From NCBI GenBank assembly GCA_040752415.1, contig JBFMGU010000238.1:1-16481 (forward strand): DNA of 16,481 bases, in the 5' to 3' direction. Below the pieces are notes generated by a model. That model was given only the letters and a program-made list of their open reading frames with translations, ran no database searches and was not told the origin of the DNA. Below, one piece after another: positions 7,108 through 15,514 of the stretch (position 1 is its first letter; each line of letters begins with the position of its first letter). Made by a program: the position numbers and the translations under genes. This stretch comes from Myxococcota bacterium (lineage in GTDB: Bacteria > Myxococcota > JACRCW01).

Positions 7108-9711
7108 TCAGCCCTTCACAATGCCCGCGGCGGCCGGGGAGTCGCGCATGGGCAGCTTGTAGCGACGCTTCCCCTCGAACTTGGCCAACGCACCCGCCAC
7201 CGCGCCCGCCGTGGGCACCAGGCCAATCTCACCCACGCCCTTGGCGCCAAACGGACCCTCCGGCTCATGGTCCTCGACGATGATCACGTCCACCTTGGGC
7301 ATGTGCTTGGCGCGCAACACGCCGATGTCGCGGATGCGCGTGGTGACGGGGAAGCCGTCCTCGTCGGTGGCCAGCTCCTCGGAGAGCGCGTAGCCCAGGC
7401 CCATGTGCACGGACCCTTCAATCTGGCCCTGGCACAGCGCGGGATTGATGGCCCGACCCACGTCATGCGCGGCAATCACGCGCTCCACCTTGCCCTTGGC
7501 GTCGAGGATGACAACCTGCGTGGCAAATCCGAACGCGGTGTGCGTCTTGACCTTGTCAACCTTGGCGCCGAGTGGCGTGGTGTCATTGCAGAGGAAGTCA
7601 CCGGCGTAGACCTTGCCGGAGAGGTCCTTCAGGGTGGCGCCCCCGTCGAGGTCCGCCTTGAGCTGCTTGGCGGCCATGATCACCGCGTTGCCGCCGAACA
7701 GCGTGGCGCGGGAGCCCGTGGTCTGCCCGGAGCCCAGCGGATAGATGGTGTCCACCTTGGCACGGAACACGCTCGCGGGAAGGCCCGTCACCTCGCACGC
7801 GCACTGGATGAGGATGGTGAGCAGGCCCTGACCCATCTCGGTGTAGCCGTTGTACAGGCTGACGGTGGCATCCTTCTCGACGACGAGCCGGCACCGCCCC
7901 CACTCCGGCACACCGTTGCCGATGCCGCTGTTCTTGATGCCGCAGCCAATGCCCACCGCTTTGCCTTCGGCCTTGGCCTTCTCGTAGTGCGGCTTCACGG
8001 CTTCCAGCGTCTTCTTGAGGCCCACGCTCTTCTCGAGCACCTGGCCCGTGCAGAACACGCTTCCCACCTGCAGCGCGTTGCGCCAGCGGATTTCCCACGC
8101 ATCCAACCCCAGCTTCTCGGCCAGGAGGTCCATGCAGCCTTCCATGGCGAACGCCGCCTGGTTGGCCCCGAACCCGCGCATGGCGCCGCAGGGGAGGTTG
8201 TTGGTGTACGCGGCGATGGCCTCCACGTCGACGTTGGGCACGTCATACGCACCACACGCGTGACCCGCCGCGCGCTCCAGCACCTTGCCACCGACGGAAG
8301 CGTACGCGCCGCTGTCGCCGAGCATGCGGGCCCAGACGGCGGTGAGCTTGCCGTTCTCGTCGGCGCCCACGCGGTAGTGCAGGCGGATGGGGTGCCGCTT
8401 GGGGTGCATGCGGATGGAGTCATCACGCGTGAGGGTGACGCGCACGGGCTTGCCGGTCATCCTGGCCAGCAGGCACGCGTGGGCCTGGACGCTCATGTCC
8501 TCCTTGCCGCCGAACGCGCCGCCGTTGGGCACCAGCACCACGCGGATCTTGTCCTGCTCCACGCCCAGGAAGCTGGCGCACTGGCGCTGGTCGTCGAAGA
8601 TGCCCTGGCCTTGCGAGTAGAGCGTGATGTCGCCGGTGGCCTCGGGAACGGCGAGCGCGGACTCCGGCTCCAGGAACATGTGCTCAATGCGCTGCGTCTG
8701 CCACGTGCCTTCCACGACGTACTTGCTGTCCTTCAGCGCGTCCTCCGCGTTGCCGCGGGTGATGACGCTCTTGCTGAGCACGTTGTTGGGCTTGGGCGAG
8801 ATCTTGGGCGCGCCGGGCTTGATGGCCTCCTCGGGGTCGGTGACGGGAACCTTGACCTCGTACTCCACCTCGACGAGCGCCGCGGCATCCCGCGCCTGAC
8901 GGGGCGTGTCCGCCGCCACCACGGCCAGCACGTCCCCCACGTAGTGCGTCTCCTCGCCCTCGGCGATGAAGCCGGGCCAGTCGTCGTAGAGGATGCCGTA
9001 GCAGCGCTTACCGGGGACGTCCTTGTACGTGGCCACCGCGCGCACGCCAGGGGCCGCCAGGGCCTTGGTGACGTCGATCTTGATGACCTGCGCGCGCGCG
9101 TGGTCGGAGAAGCGGACGGCGCCGTGCAGCATGCCTTCCACCTTCATGTCGGCCACGTAGGGGTTCTCGCCCAGCGCGCGCGCCTTGCCGTCCACGCGGT
9201 CCAGGCTGGTTCCCACGCGACCACTCTCGTCGCGCGGAGGCAGCGCCTCACCACGCTTGACGGCGGCCGCCAGCTGGATGGCCTCGATGATCTTCACGTA
9301 CCCGGTGCAGCGACACAGGTGCACGTCGAGCTTCTTGGCAATCTCCGCGTCGGTGGGATTGGGGTTCTTCTCCAGGATGCTGTACGCGCGCATCACGATG
9401 CCGGGGATGCAGAACCCGCACTGCAGGCCCGCCTTGGCAACGAAGCAGTCCGCGAGCAGCCTCCGGTCCGCCTCGGGGAGTCCCTCCAGCGTGGTGACCT
9501 TGGCGCCCTGCTGCTTGGAGCACGGGACCGCGCACGTGGTCACTGCCCACCCGTCGACGAGCGCGGTGCAGCAACCGCATTGCCCCTGCGGCGCGCATCC
9601 GTCCTTGACGCTGGTGACTCCGCACTCTTCCCGGATGGCCTCCAGGAGCGTGCTGCGGTCATCCACCTGCAGGGACTTCTCCTGGCCATTCAGCGTGAAC
9701 TTGAACTCCAT
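7108..9711 (-). CDS. xdh: Xanthine dehydrogenase-family molybdenum hydroxylase, fused [2Fe-2S] + Mo-cofactor subunit (resembles the selenium-dependent XDH type)
   Basis: 867 aa. N-terminal GCAPQGQCGCC and QCGFC...LCRCTGY 2Fe-2S motifs. Mo-domain motifs QRIEHMFLEPE, GGAFGGKE, VLER, GAMRGFG, TEMGQG, TGSR and AKGVGE (catalytic Glu). GGAGG SD at 9719-9723. Confidence 0.9.
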   Translation of the reverse strand: MEFKFTLNGQEKSLQVDDRSTLLEAIREECGVTSVKDGCAPQGQCGCCTALVDGWAVTTCAVPCSKQQGAKVTTLEGLPEADRRLLADCFVAKAGLQCGFCIPGIVMRAYSILEKNPNPTDAEIAKKLDVHLCRCTGYVKIIEAIQLAAAVKRGEALPPRDESGRVGTSLDRVDGKARALGENPYVADMKVEGMLHGAVRFSDHARAQVIKIDVTKALAAPGVRAVATYKDVPGKRCYGILYDDWPGFIAEGEETHYVGDVLAVVAADTPRQARDAAALVEVEYEVKVPVTDPEEAIKPGAPKISPKPNNVLSKSVITRGNAEDALKDSKYVVEGTWQTQRIEHMFLEPESALAVPEATGDITLYSQGQGIFDDQRQCASFLGVEQDKIRVVLVPNGGAFGGKEDMSVQAHACLLARMTGKPVRVTLTRDDSIRMHPKRHPIRLHYRVGADENGKLTAVWARMLGDSGAYASVGGKVLERAAGHACGAYDVPNVDVEAIAAYTNNLPCGAMRGFGANQAAFAMEGCMDLLAEKLGLDAWEIRWRNALQVGSVFCTGQVLEKSVGLKKTLEAVKPHYEKAKAEGKAVGIGCGIKNSGIGNGVPEWGRCRLVVEKDATVSLYNGYTEMGQGLLTILIQCACEVTGLPASVFRAKVDTIYPLGSGQTTGSRATLFGGNAVIMAAKQLKADLDGGATLKDLSGKVYAGDFLCNDTTPLGAKVDKVKTHTAFGFATQVVILDAKGKVERVIAAHDVGRAINPALCQGQIEGSVHMGLGYALSEELATDEDGFPVTTRIRDIGVLRAKHMPKVDVIIVEDHEPEGPFGAKGVGEIGLVPTAGAVAGALAKFEGKRRYKLPMRDSPAAAGIVKG

Positions 9712-9823
9712 GCGCGTTCCTCCCGGGCGTCGGAAAACCAGCGGAGGCTACGGACAGGAGCAGCACGGGTCAATCCGCTTTCCTGCTCGCGGAGGGGCCG
9801 GTGCGTGTGGGATGGAACGGGCC

Positions 9824-10255
9824 ATGCGTCCCGGTTTCGTGTTGCTGATGCTTGCGTCGTGGGTTGGCTGCTCGGGGGATGCGTCTCCAAGCACCACCGA
9901 GGTCCAGGAAATCCGCGGCGTGTGCGCACCCGTCGTCACGCGCAGTGATGAGCGCTTCGAGATCGAGGTGAGCGGCGGCTGCGACCCGGACCGTCAGAAG
10001 TACTCCTGCGGCGTGCAGCGGTCAGGCGGCATTGTGGAGGTGAAGCTGCTGGGCCCGTCTCCGTCAGGGAGCTGCGTCACGGTCACCAAGCCCTGCTCGG
10101 TCCCGCCGCTGCCGGAGGGGACGTATCGCTTCGAGTTCCTGCGTGGGGAGTCGTTCAACCAGGAGGTGGGCGCCGCGCCGCAGCACCCGGTGTTCCAGTG
10201 TCCCAAGCCGGACGCAGGCACTCCTTCCGACGGTGGCGCCGACCCCCGCGGCTGA
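9824..10255 (+). CDS. Hypothetical Cys-rich lipoprotein
   Basis: MRPGFVLLMLASWVG|C resembles a signal peptide II with a lipobox. It has six further Cys and a C-terminal PDAG...DGG low-complexity tail. Alternative ATG at 9812. Transcribed divergently from xdh. Confidence 0.65.
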   Translation: MRPGFVLLMLASWVGCSGDASPSTTEVQEIRGVCAPVVTRSDERFEIEVSGGCDPDRQKYSCGVQRSGGIVEVKLLGPSPSGSCVTVTKPCSVPPLPEGTYRFEFLRGESFNQEVGAAPQHPVFQCPKPDAGTPSDGGADPRG

Positions 10256-10945
10256 TCACAACGTGCCCGCTGCCTTGCGCAGCACCCCCGCGGGGTCGTC
10301 GCGAATGGGGTCGCCGTGGGCGCCCAGGAGCAGCTTGAGCTGAGGCGTCTCCGCCAGCTCGAGGAGGAACTGCTTCAACACGGCCTTCTTGGCCACCTGC
10401 CGGAACCGCACAATGCGCGGCAGGCCGGCACCACCGCCGGGCACGCTGAGCAGTTTCATGAGCAGGCCCTTGGCGTGGACGTTCCCGATGACGTCGGTGA
10501 AGACCAGTGCGCGGCCTCCCGCGGCGTCGAGGTCCAGCATGATCTCACCGTGCTTGAGGCCGGGCACCACGCGGTGGCGGATGCCCAGCGGGGTGAGCAG
10601 CTGATCCGGTCCCCCGTCGACGGAAACCTTGCCGGCGAGCCGCTGCGCCGCGTCTGGCAGGGCCACCACCTTGAGGTCGGGGTAGCGCGCCTTGAAGAAC
10701 GGGGCGTCCATGATGTGGAACGCGTGCGGCACCACCATCACTTCCGGCTTGCCCAGGGCTTCCAGCTTGCGCATGCCCTCGTCGTGCATGGCCACCACGC
10801 TGTAGAGCAGCAGTCCGCCGCTGGGCAGCTTCACGATGGTCATGCTGCGAGGCAGTGGGAAGGGAAGGGAGCCAGCCACCTGCCAGATTCCAGGCGCAAT
10901 CTCGACGGGGGGCTGGTGGGGATAGATGGTGTGGGCGCTCGTCAC
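10256..10945 (-). CDS. Hypothetical protein, metallo-beta-lactamase-like fold (DUF4336-like)
   Basis: 229 aa with 'EIAPGIWQV...RSMTIVKLPSGGLLLYS', 'LEALGKPEVMVVPHAFH', 'LVFTD' and 'LLGAHG' patterns typical of this group. GTG start. Confidence 0.7.
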   Translation of the reverse strand: MTSAHTIYPHQPPVEIAPGIWQVAGSLPFPLPRSMTIVKLPSGGLLLYSVVAMHDEGMRKLEALGKPEVMVVPHAFHIMDAPFFKARYPDLKVVALPDAAQRLAGKVSVDGGPDQLLTPLGIRHRVVPGLKHGEIMLDLDAAGGRALVFTDVIGNVHAKGLLMKLLSVPGGGAGLPRIVRFRQVAKKAVLKQFLLELAETPQLKLLLGAHGDPIRDDPAGVLRKAAGTL

Positions 10946-11127
10946 GGGCCAACAAGTACTGTGGGTGGCGAGGCGCTGTCACGGTGCCGCGAGGGGGCGC
11001 GACGAAATCCCGGGACCAGGTGCTCCCGCGCCGGATCCGCGGTCGTGACCTCGGCATGCCACGGTCAGTCCTGCGTCGCGACGACGCGGCCGGGTGGTGA
11101 GCAGGACGTACCCTTTCCCCTTGCCTG

Positions 11128-11206
11128 CCAATCTCATTGGCGGGAGCCAAGAGCGTCGTCCCAATGGAGCCGCACCCAGTCTCATTGGTGGGAGCCAGGT
11201 GCGTCG
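11128..11206. repeat. Two imperfect 31-bp direct repeats (48-bp period), each with a hairpin core
   Basis: CCAATCTCATTGGCGGGAGCCAAGAGCGTCG (11128-11158) versus CCAGTCTCATTGGTGGGAGCCAGGTGCGTCG (11176-11206), 27/31 identical. Confidence 0.8.
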
Positions 11207-11387
11207 CTGCAGGAGGGCCCCCAGGGAGCCGGACCCGGTCGCCAAGCGGGTCGGCGGTGAAGCCACGAGCGCGTGCACGACGGTGTCGGCCCAAGCGCGA
11301 GCAACGTCCTGGGCAATGGACCCGGCAGCCTGGCGACGTTAAGGGGTGCGGTTGGGCGTTGTTCGTCTCCATCGTGCATCGAGCGCA

Positions 11388-14300
11388 ATGACATCACCTT
11401 TGCCTCCCGCCACGTTTCAACGCACCTGGGCCACGCCCCTGGGCAGGTTCCTCCGTGCGCACCATCGGACCGCCTCAGGGATGCGTGGGGCGGCCTACGC
11501 CCGCCTTGGCCACGTGCAGTCGTTCCGCGCCCAGGGCCAGAACGTGGTCGTCGCCACCGTCGCGGGCAGCCAGCCCCATCCCTACCAGGTCAAGCTGGAG
11601 GTGTTCCGGGAGGGTCTGCTCACCAACTGCAGCTGTCCCGTCGGCTTCGACTGCAAACACGCGGTCGCCGCCGGGCTGGTTCTCGCCACGCAGCACGGGC
11701 TGTCGACGGCGACAGACGTCCGCGTTGCACCCTCACCGCGGCCCGTGAGGCGCTCTCCTGTCGTCGTCCGCGCGCCTGCGGCCGCTCGGCGTGAAACACC
11801 TCGCGCACTTCCACCGGCTCCAGCGGCCACGGACCCGGCCCCTGCACGTGACGCCCAGGACGTCATCCTCGGCTGGCTGGCGCGCCCCGCTTCCGGCGTG
11901 ACGACGCATGACCTGGACCTCCGCGTCGAGTGGCACAGCGTGGTCTCGTCTCACGGTGGAATGGCGCAACTGCGCGCAGAGGTGGTCCTGACCCCACCGG
12001 GCGGACGCAGCGGAGCCCAGCACCCGGCGGTGGTGGGGCACATCCGGAACGAGATCACACTGGGCCGGCTCCAGCCTGCACGTGCGCGCGAGGGCCACTT
12101 CCTCCAGTGGCTGGGCACCACCGGCGCCTGGCGGGTTTCCCACGAGCACGGTGACCCGCGCCATTACGTCGCCGTCGCAGATGCCGGAGAGTGGCTGGCG
12201 CGCTGGTCCGGGAGCGGACTGCTGTGGTGGCGCGGCGGCGACGAGGTGGTGGCCGCCCCGGAGGTTGCGCGCTTCGTCGTCCGGACGGAGGACCGGGAGC
12301 CGCAGTGGATGCTGGAGCTGCCGCGGGGAGGGCAGGATGCGCTGCTGTTGCCCCTGTCCGACGTCGATCTGCTGGTCAGTGACGACTCCCCGCCCGACTT
12401 CCCACGCATCCATCTCCGTCGTGGCGCCGCCCTCCACCGGGTCGATGCCGGCGGACTGACGCTGCCGCTCCTCGAGGCGATTCGCCGCGCGCCTCTGCTC
12501 CCGCTGGACCGCGTGCGGCAGTTGCCCCAGGCGCAGCACGTCCTGGCGCCGTTCCTGGACCGGGCCGGTGCGCTGCCGGTGCCGCGCGAGGTGGACGTCC
12601 TCCCCAGCGCCGCCTTCAAGCTCAGCCCGATGGGGGAGCTGGAGATCACCGCCTGGGCCGAAGCCGCCGACGGAACGCGGTTCAACTATGCCTTCAACGC
12701 GCACTGGACCGTGTCCCTGCCCGCGTCCCTCGACACGACGTTGGAGCCCATGCCCGCCGAAACGCCCGCCGCTCCGCCCGCGCCCGACGCCGCCACGGCG
12801 CGCGCGCTGTTTGTCACGCCACGACGGGAGGACGTGGCAGCGCTGGAGAGCTGGCTGCAGGCACTGACGGTGGATGTGCTGCGCGCCGCGCGGGTTGCGG
12901 ACGCGGTCTTGCGCGGGTGGACGGAGAAGAGCGCGCGGCCGGCGCTCCTCCGGGTCTGGGAGACCCGACCGGGACACGTGCGCTACCTGGGCAACCGCCC
13001 ATTCCGCGACGCGGTCACACCGCGCCCCCCGCCGCGCTTCCAGGTTCGCGTTGAGCGCAGCGGCATCGAGTGGCTGAGTGTCTCGGTGGGGTTGCAGGAG
13101 GAGCTGGAGAGATTGGACCTCCAGGAGCTGCTGCGCGTGCTGCGGACCGCGCAGGACCAGGAGCTGGTCATCCTGCGCAGCGGGGAGATGTACCGGCGCG
13201 CCGAGCTGGAGCCGTTCAAGGCGCAACTGGAGGCCCTGGCCGACCTTGGCCTGGAGCCCCGTCGTGACGTCGAGGTCCGGCTCCATGCCGCGCAGCTCGC
13301 GGGAGTGCGCGCCGAGACGCTGTCCACGCTGAGCGAATTCTCGTCGGAGCTGGGCGCGCTGGCGGCGGCCATCCGCAAGCACGCGGCGAGCTTCAAGGGC
13401 ATCCCCAAGGCGGGCGTTCCCGTCGCCACCGCGCGCCACCTGCGTCCCTACCAGCGGCAAGGCGTGGACTTCGTGGCGTGGTCGACCAGCATCTTCGGCG
13501 GCGCCCTGCTGGCTGACGAGATGGGGCTGGGCAAGACGTTGCAGGTGCTGGCCGCCCTGACGGCGCTGCGCGCAGGACGCAAGCGCAACCTCCCCACGCT
13601 GGTGATCTGCCCGGCGAGCGTGGTGCGCAACTGGGAGCGCGAGGCGCAGCGTTTTGCGCCCGGTCTGCGCGTCGGCCTCCTGGAGCGCGGCCCCGGGCGA
13701 CAACACGTGCTCTCCCGTCTGGCGCGCCTGGACGTGGTGGTGACCAACTTCGCCCTGGCCCGCATGGAGATTGAAGCGCTCATCGCGCAGCGCTGGCTCA
13801 TGGTCGTTGTCGACGAGGCGCAGGCCATCAAGAACCCTCAGTCCGGCATTGCGCACGCCGTCAAGCGCCTGCAGGCCCGCCACCGCGTGGCGCTCACCGG
13901 GACGCCCATTGAGAACCGTTTGCAGGACCTGGAGTCCATCATGGACTTCGCGGTGCCGGGCCACCTGGGCTCGCTGGACGCGCTCCAGCCCGGGGCCGAC
14001 GACGAGACCCTGGTGCGGGGCCGTCGGATCCTGCGCGCTCGCCTCCGGCCGGTGCTGTTGCGTCGTCTGAAGCAGGAGGTGGCGCCGGAGCTGCCTCCGC
14101 GCATCGAGGAGCGACTGGACTGCGAGATGACACCTGCCCAGCGCAGGCTCTACGCCGCCGAGCTCAAGCGTGCGCGGATGGTGTTGGAGGACGTGCGCGA
14201 CGACCGGGTCGTTGGGCAGGACCGTGTGCTGATGCTGACGGTGCTCACGCGCCTGCGGCAGCTCTGCTGCGACCCTGCGGTGCTGGGCATCACCGGCGTC

Positions 14301-14846
14301 GGCTCGGGGAAGGTGGAGGAGTTCCTGGAGCTGATGACGGGCTTGTTGGAGGGGGGCCACAAGGTGCTGGTGTTCTCTCAGTTCGTGCGCGTGCTCGAGC
14401 GCCTGCGTCCGCTCCTGAGGGACCGCCGTGTGACGCAGTGGATGCTCACGGGCAAGACCCAAGGGCGGGATGCGCTGGTCCGCGAGTTCGAGGCGCACGA
14501 GGGGCCCGGGGCGTTCCTCATCTCACTGAAGGCGGGCGGCAGCGGGCTCAACCTGGTCTCCGCGTCCCAGGTGATCATCTTCGACCCGTGGTGGAACCCG
14601 GCGGTGGAGGCTCAAGCCATCGATCGCACGCACCGCATTGGGCAGCGCAAGACGGTCACGGCGTTCCGGCTGGTCACGCGCGACACGGTGGAGGAGCGCA
14701 TCATGGAGCTGCAGGAGCGCAAGCGCGCACTGGTCCGCGGCGTGCTCGAAGAAGAAGCCTTCAACCGGACGCTGACCCGTGAGGACTTCGAGTTCCTCCT
14801 GGCACCCACCGCGCGCCGGGAAGCAGGCGATCACCCCCCGACGTGA
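11388..14846 (+). CDS. SWIM zinc-finger + SNF2-family (SF2) DEAD/DEAH-like helicase/ATPase
   Basis: SWIM motif CSCPVGFDCKH. Helicase motifs LRPYQ, LADEMGLGKT, VVDEAQAIKN, LTGTPIEN, RLRQLC, LVFSQF, SLKAGGSGLNL, DPWWNP and QAIDRTHRIGQ. The start is uncertain; ATG 11388 was chosen. Confidence 0.92.
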   Translation: MTSPLPPATFQRTWATPLGRFLRAHHRTASGMRGAAYARLGHVQSFRAQGQNVVVATVAGSQPHPYQVKLEVFREGLLTNCSCPVGFDCKHAVAAGLVLATQHGLSTATDVRVAPSPRPVRRSPVVVRAPAAARRETPRALPPAPAATDPAPARDAQDVILGWLARPASGVTTHDLDLRVEWHSVVSSHGGMAQLRAEVVLTPPGGRSGAQHPAVVGHIRNEITLGRLQPARAREGHFLQWLGTTGAWRVSHEHGDPRHYVAVADAGEWLARWSGSGLLWWRGGDEVVAAPEVARFVVRTEDREPQWMLELPRGGQDALLLPLSDVDLLVSDDSPPDFPRIHLRRGAALHRVDAGGLTLPLLEAIRRAPLLPLDRVRQLPQAQHVLAPFLDRAGALPVPREVDVLPSAAFKLSPMGELEITAWAEAADGTRFNYAFNAHWTVSLPASLDTTLEPMPAETPAAPPAPDAATARALFVTPRREDVAALESWLQALTVDVLRAARVADAVLRGWTEKSARPALLRVWETRPGHVRYLGNRPFRDAVTPRPPPRFQVRVERSGIEWLSVSVGLQEELERLDLQELLRVLRTAQDQELVILRSGEMYRRAELEPFKAQLEALADLGLEPRRDVEVRLHAAQLAGVRAETLSTLSEFSSELGALAAAIRKHAASFKGIPKAGVPVATARHLRPYQRQGVDFVAWSTSIFGGALLADEMGLGKTLQVLAALTALRAGRKRNLPTLVICPASVVRNWEREAQRFAPGLRVGLLERGPGRQHVLSRLARLDVVVTNFALARMEIEALIAQRWLMVVVDEAQAIKNPQSGIAHAVKRLQARHRVALTGTPIENRLQDLESIMDFAVPGHLGSLDALQPGADDETLVRGRRILRARLRPVLLRRLKQEVAPELPPRIEERLDCEMTPAQRRLYAAELKRARMVLEDVRDDRVVGQDRVLMLTVLTRLRQLCCDPAVLGITGVGSGKVEEFLELMTGLLEGGHKVLVFSQFVRVLERLRPLLRDRRVTQWMLTGKTQGRDALVREFEAHEGPGAFLISLKAGGSGLNLVSASQVIIFDPWWNPAVEAQAIDRTHRIGQRKTVTAFRLVTRDTVEERIMELQERKRALVRGVLEEEAFNRTLTREDFEFLLAPTARREAGDHPPT

Positions 14847-14915
14847 CCGGGTTGCATCGGGATTCAGGCGGGCGAGTACTGGCACCGTGCAGTAGGGCTC
14901 TGTATCGTTTCAGGC

Positions 14916-15500
14916 ATGCGAGCGGTGGTTCTGGATGTGCCGGAAGACTGGCTCAAGGAGCGAGCGCGCCTTGGGCTGGACCGTCGGGATGAGATGTGGA
15001 ACGGGGTTCTTCACATGGTTCCACCGCCGTCGTTTGAGCATCAGGACCTGGCTGGACAGCTCTTCGGGTTCCTGCTCGTTCGGCTGGCGTCTCGTGGCAT
15101 CCGCGTCCTGTACGAGACCGGTGTGTTTCGCCCGGGCGGGGGTGGGAAGGACTACCGTATCCCTGACATGGTGTTTTTCCGCGCGTCGGACAAGCACCTC
15201 GTCACGGACCGCGGGATCGAGGGTGCGCCACTGGCCGTGCTCGAAGTGCTTTCACCCGACGATGAGAGCTACGAGAAGCTGGACTTCTGGGCAGCGCTGG
15301 GCGTTGCGGAGGTCATCATGATCTCGCCGAAGGACCGCGCCGTGGAACTCTACCGGCTCGCGGGGACCGGCTACGTGGCGACGTCAGCTGACGCGTCGTG
15401 GACGCTCCACGCCGCATCCATCGACGTGCGCTGGTCGCGCCTGCCGCGGATTCCAGCGTGCCTGCGTGTTGAGTGCGGTGGCGAGGCCATGGAAATCTAG
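14916..15500 (+). CDS. Uma2 family (DUF820) PD-(D/E)xK endonuclease-like protein
   Basis: 194 aa with RDEMWNGVLHMVPPPSFEHQ, RIPDM, GAPLAVLEVLSP and EKLDFWAALGVAEV motifs. Confidence 0.88.
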   Translation: MRAVVLDVPEDWLKERARLGLDRRDEMWNGVLHMVPPPSFEHQDLAGQLFGFLLVRLASRGIRVLYETGVFRPGGGGKDYRIPDMVFFRASDKHLVTDRGIEGAPLAVLEVLSPDDESYEKLDFWAALGVAEVIMISPKDRAVELYRLAGTGYVATSADASWTLHAASIDVRWSRLPRIPACLRVECGGEAMEI

Positions 15501-15514
15501 CGCTCGGCGGAAAC

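Noticed and set aside
7108..9711. CO dehydrogenase large subunit or selenocysteine-containing enzyme
   Set aside because: It lacks the CoxL VAYxCSFR loop (has GAMRGFG) and has no in-frame TGA.
7267..9948. 893-aa plus-strand ORF and the N-terminal part of ORF 9185-10255
   Set aside because: Antisense to xdh. Only the portion of the latter from 9812/9824 looks like a real gene.
11128..11206. Mini CRISPR array
   Set aside because: Only two imperfect repeats, a 17-nt spacer and no cas genes in the window.
11733..14498. 921-aa minus-strand ORF
   Set aside because: Antisense shadow of the SNF2 helicase gene.
14880..14895. TGGCAC as a sigma54 -24 box
   Set aside because: No TTGC/GC at the -12 position.
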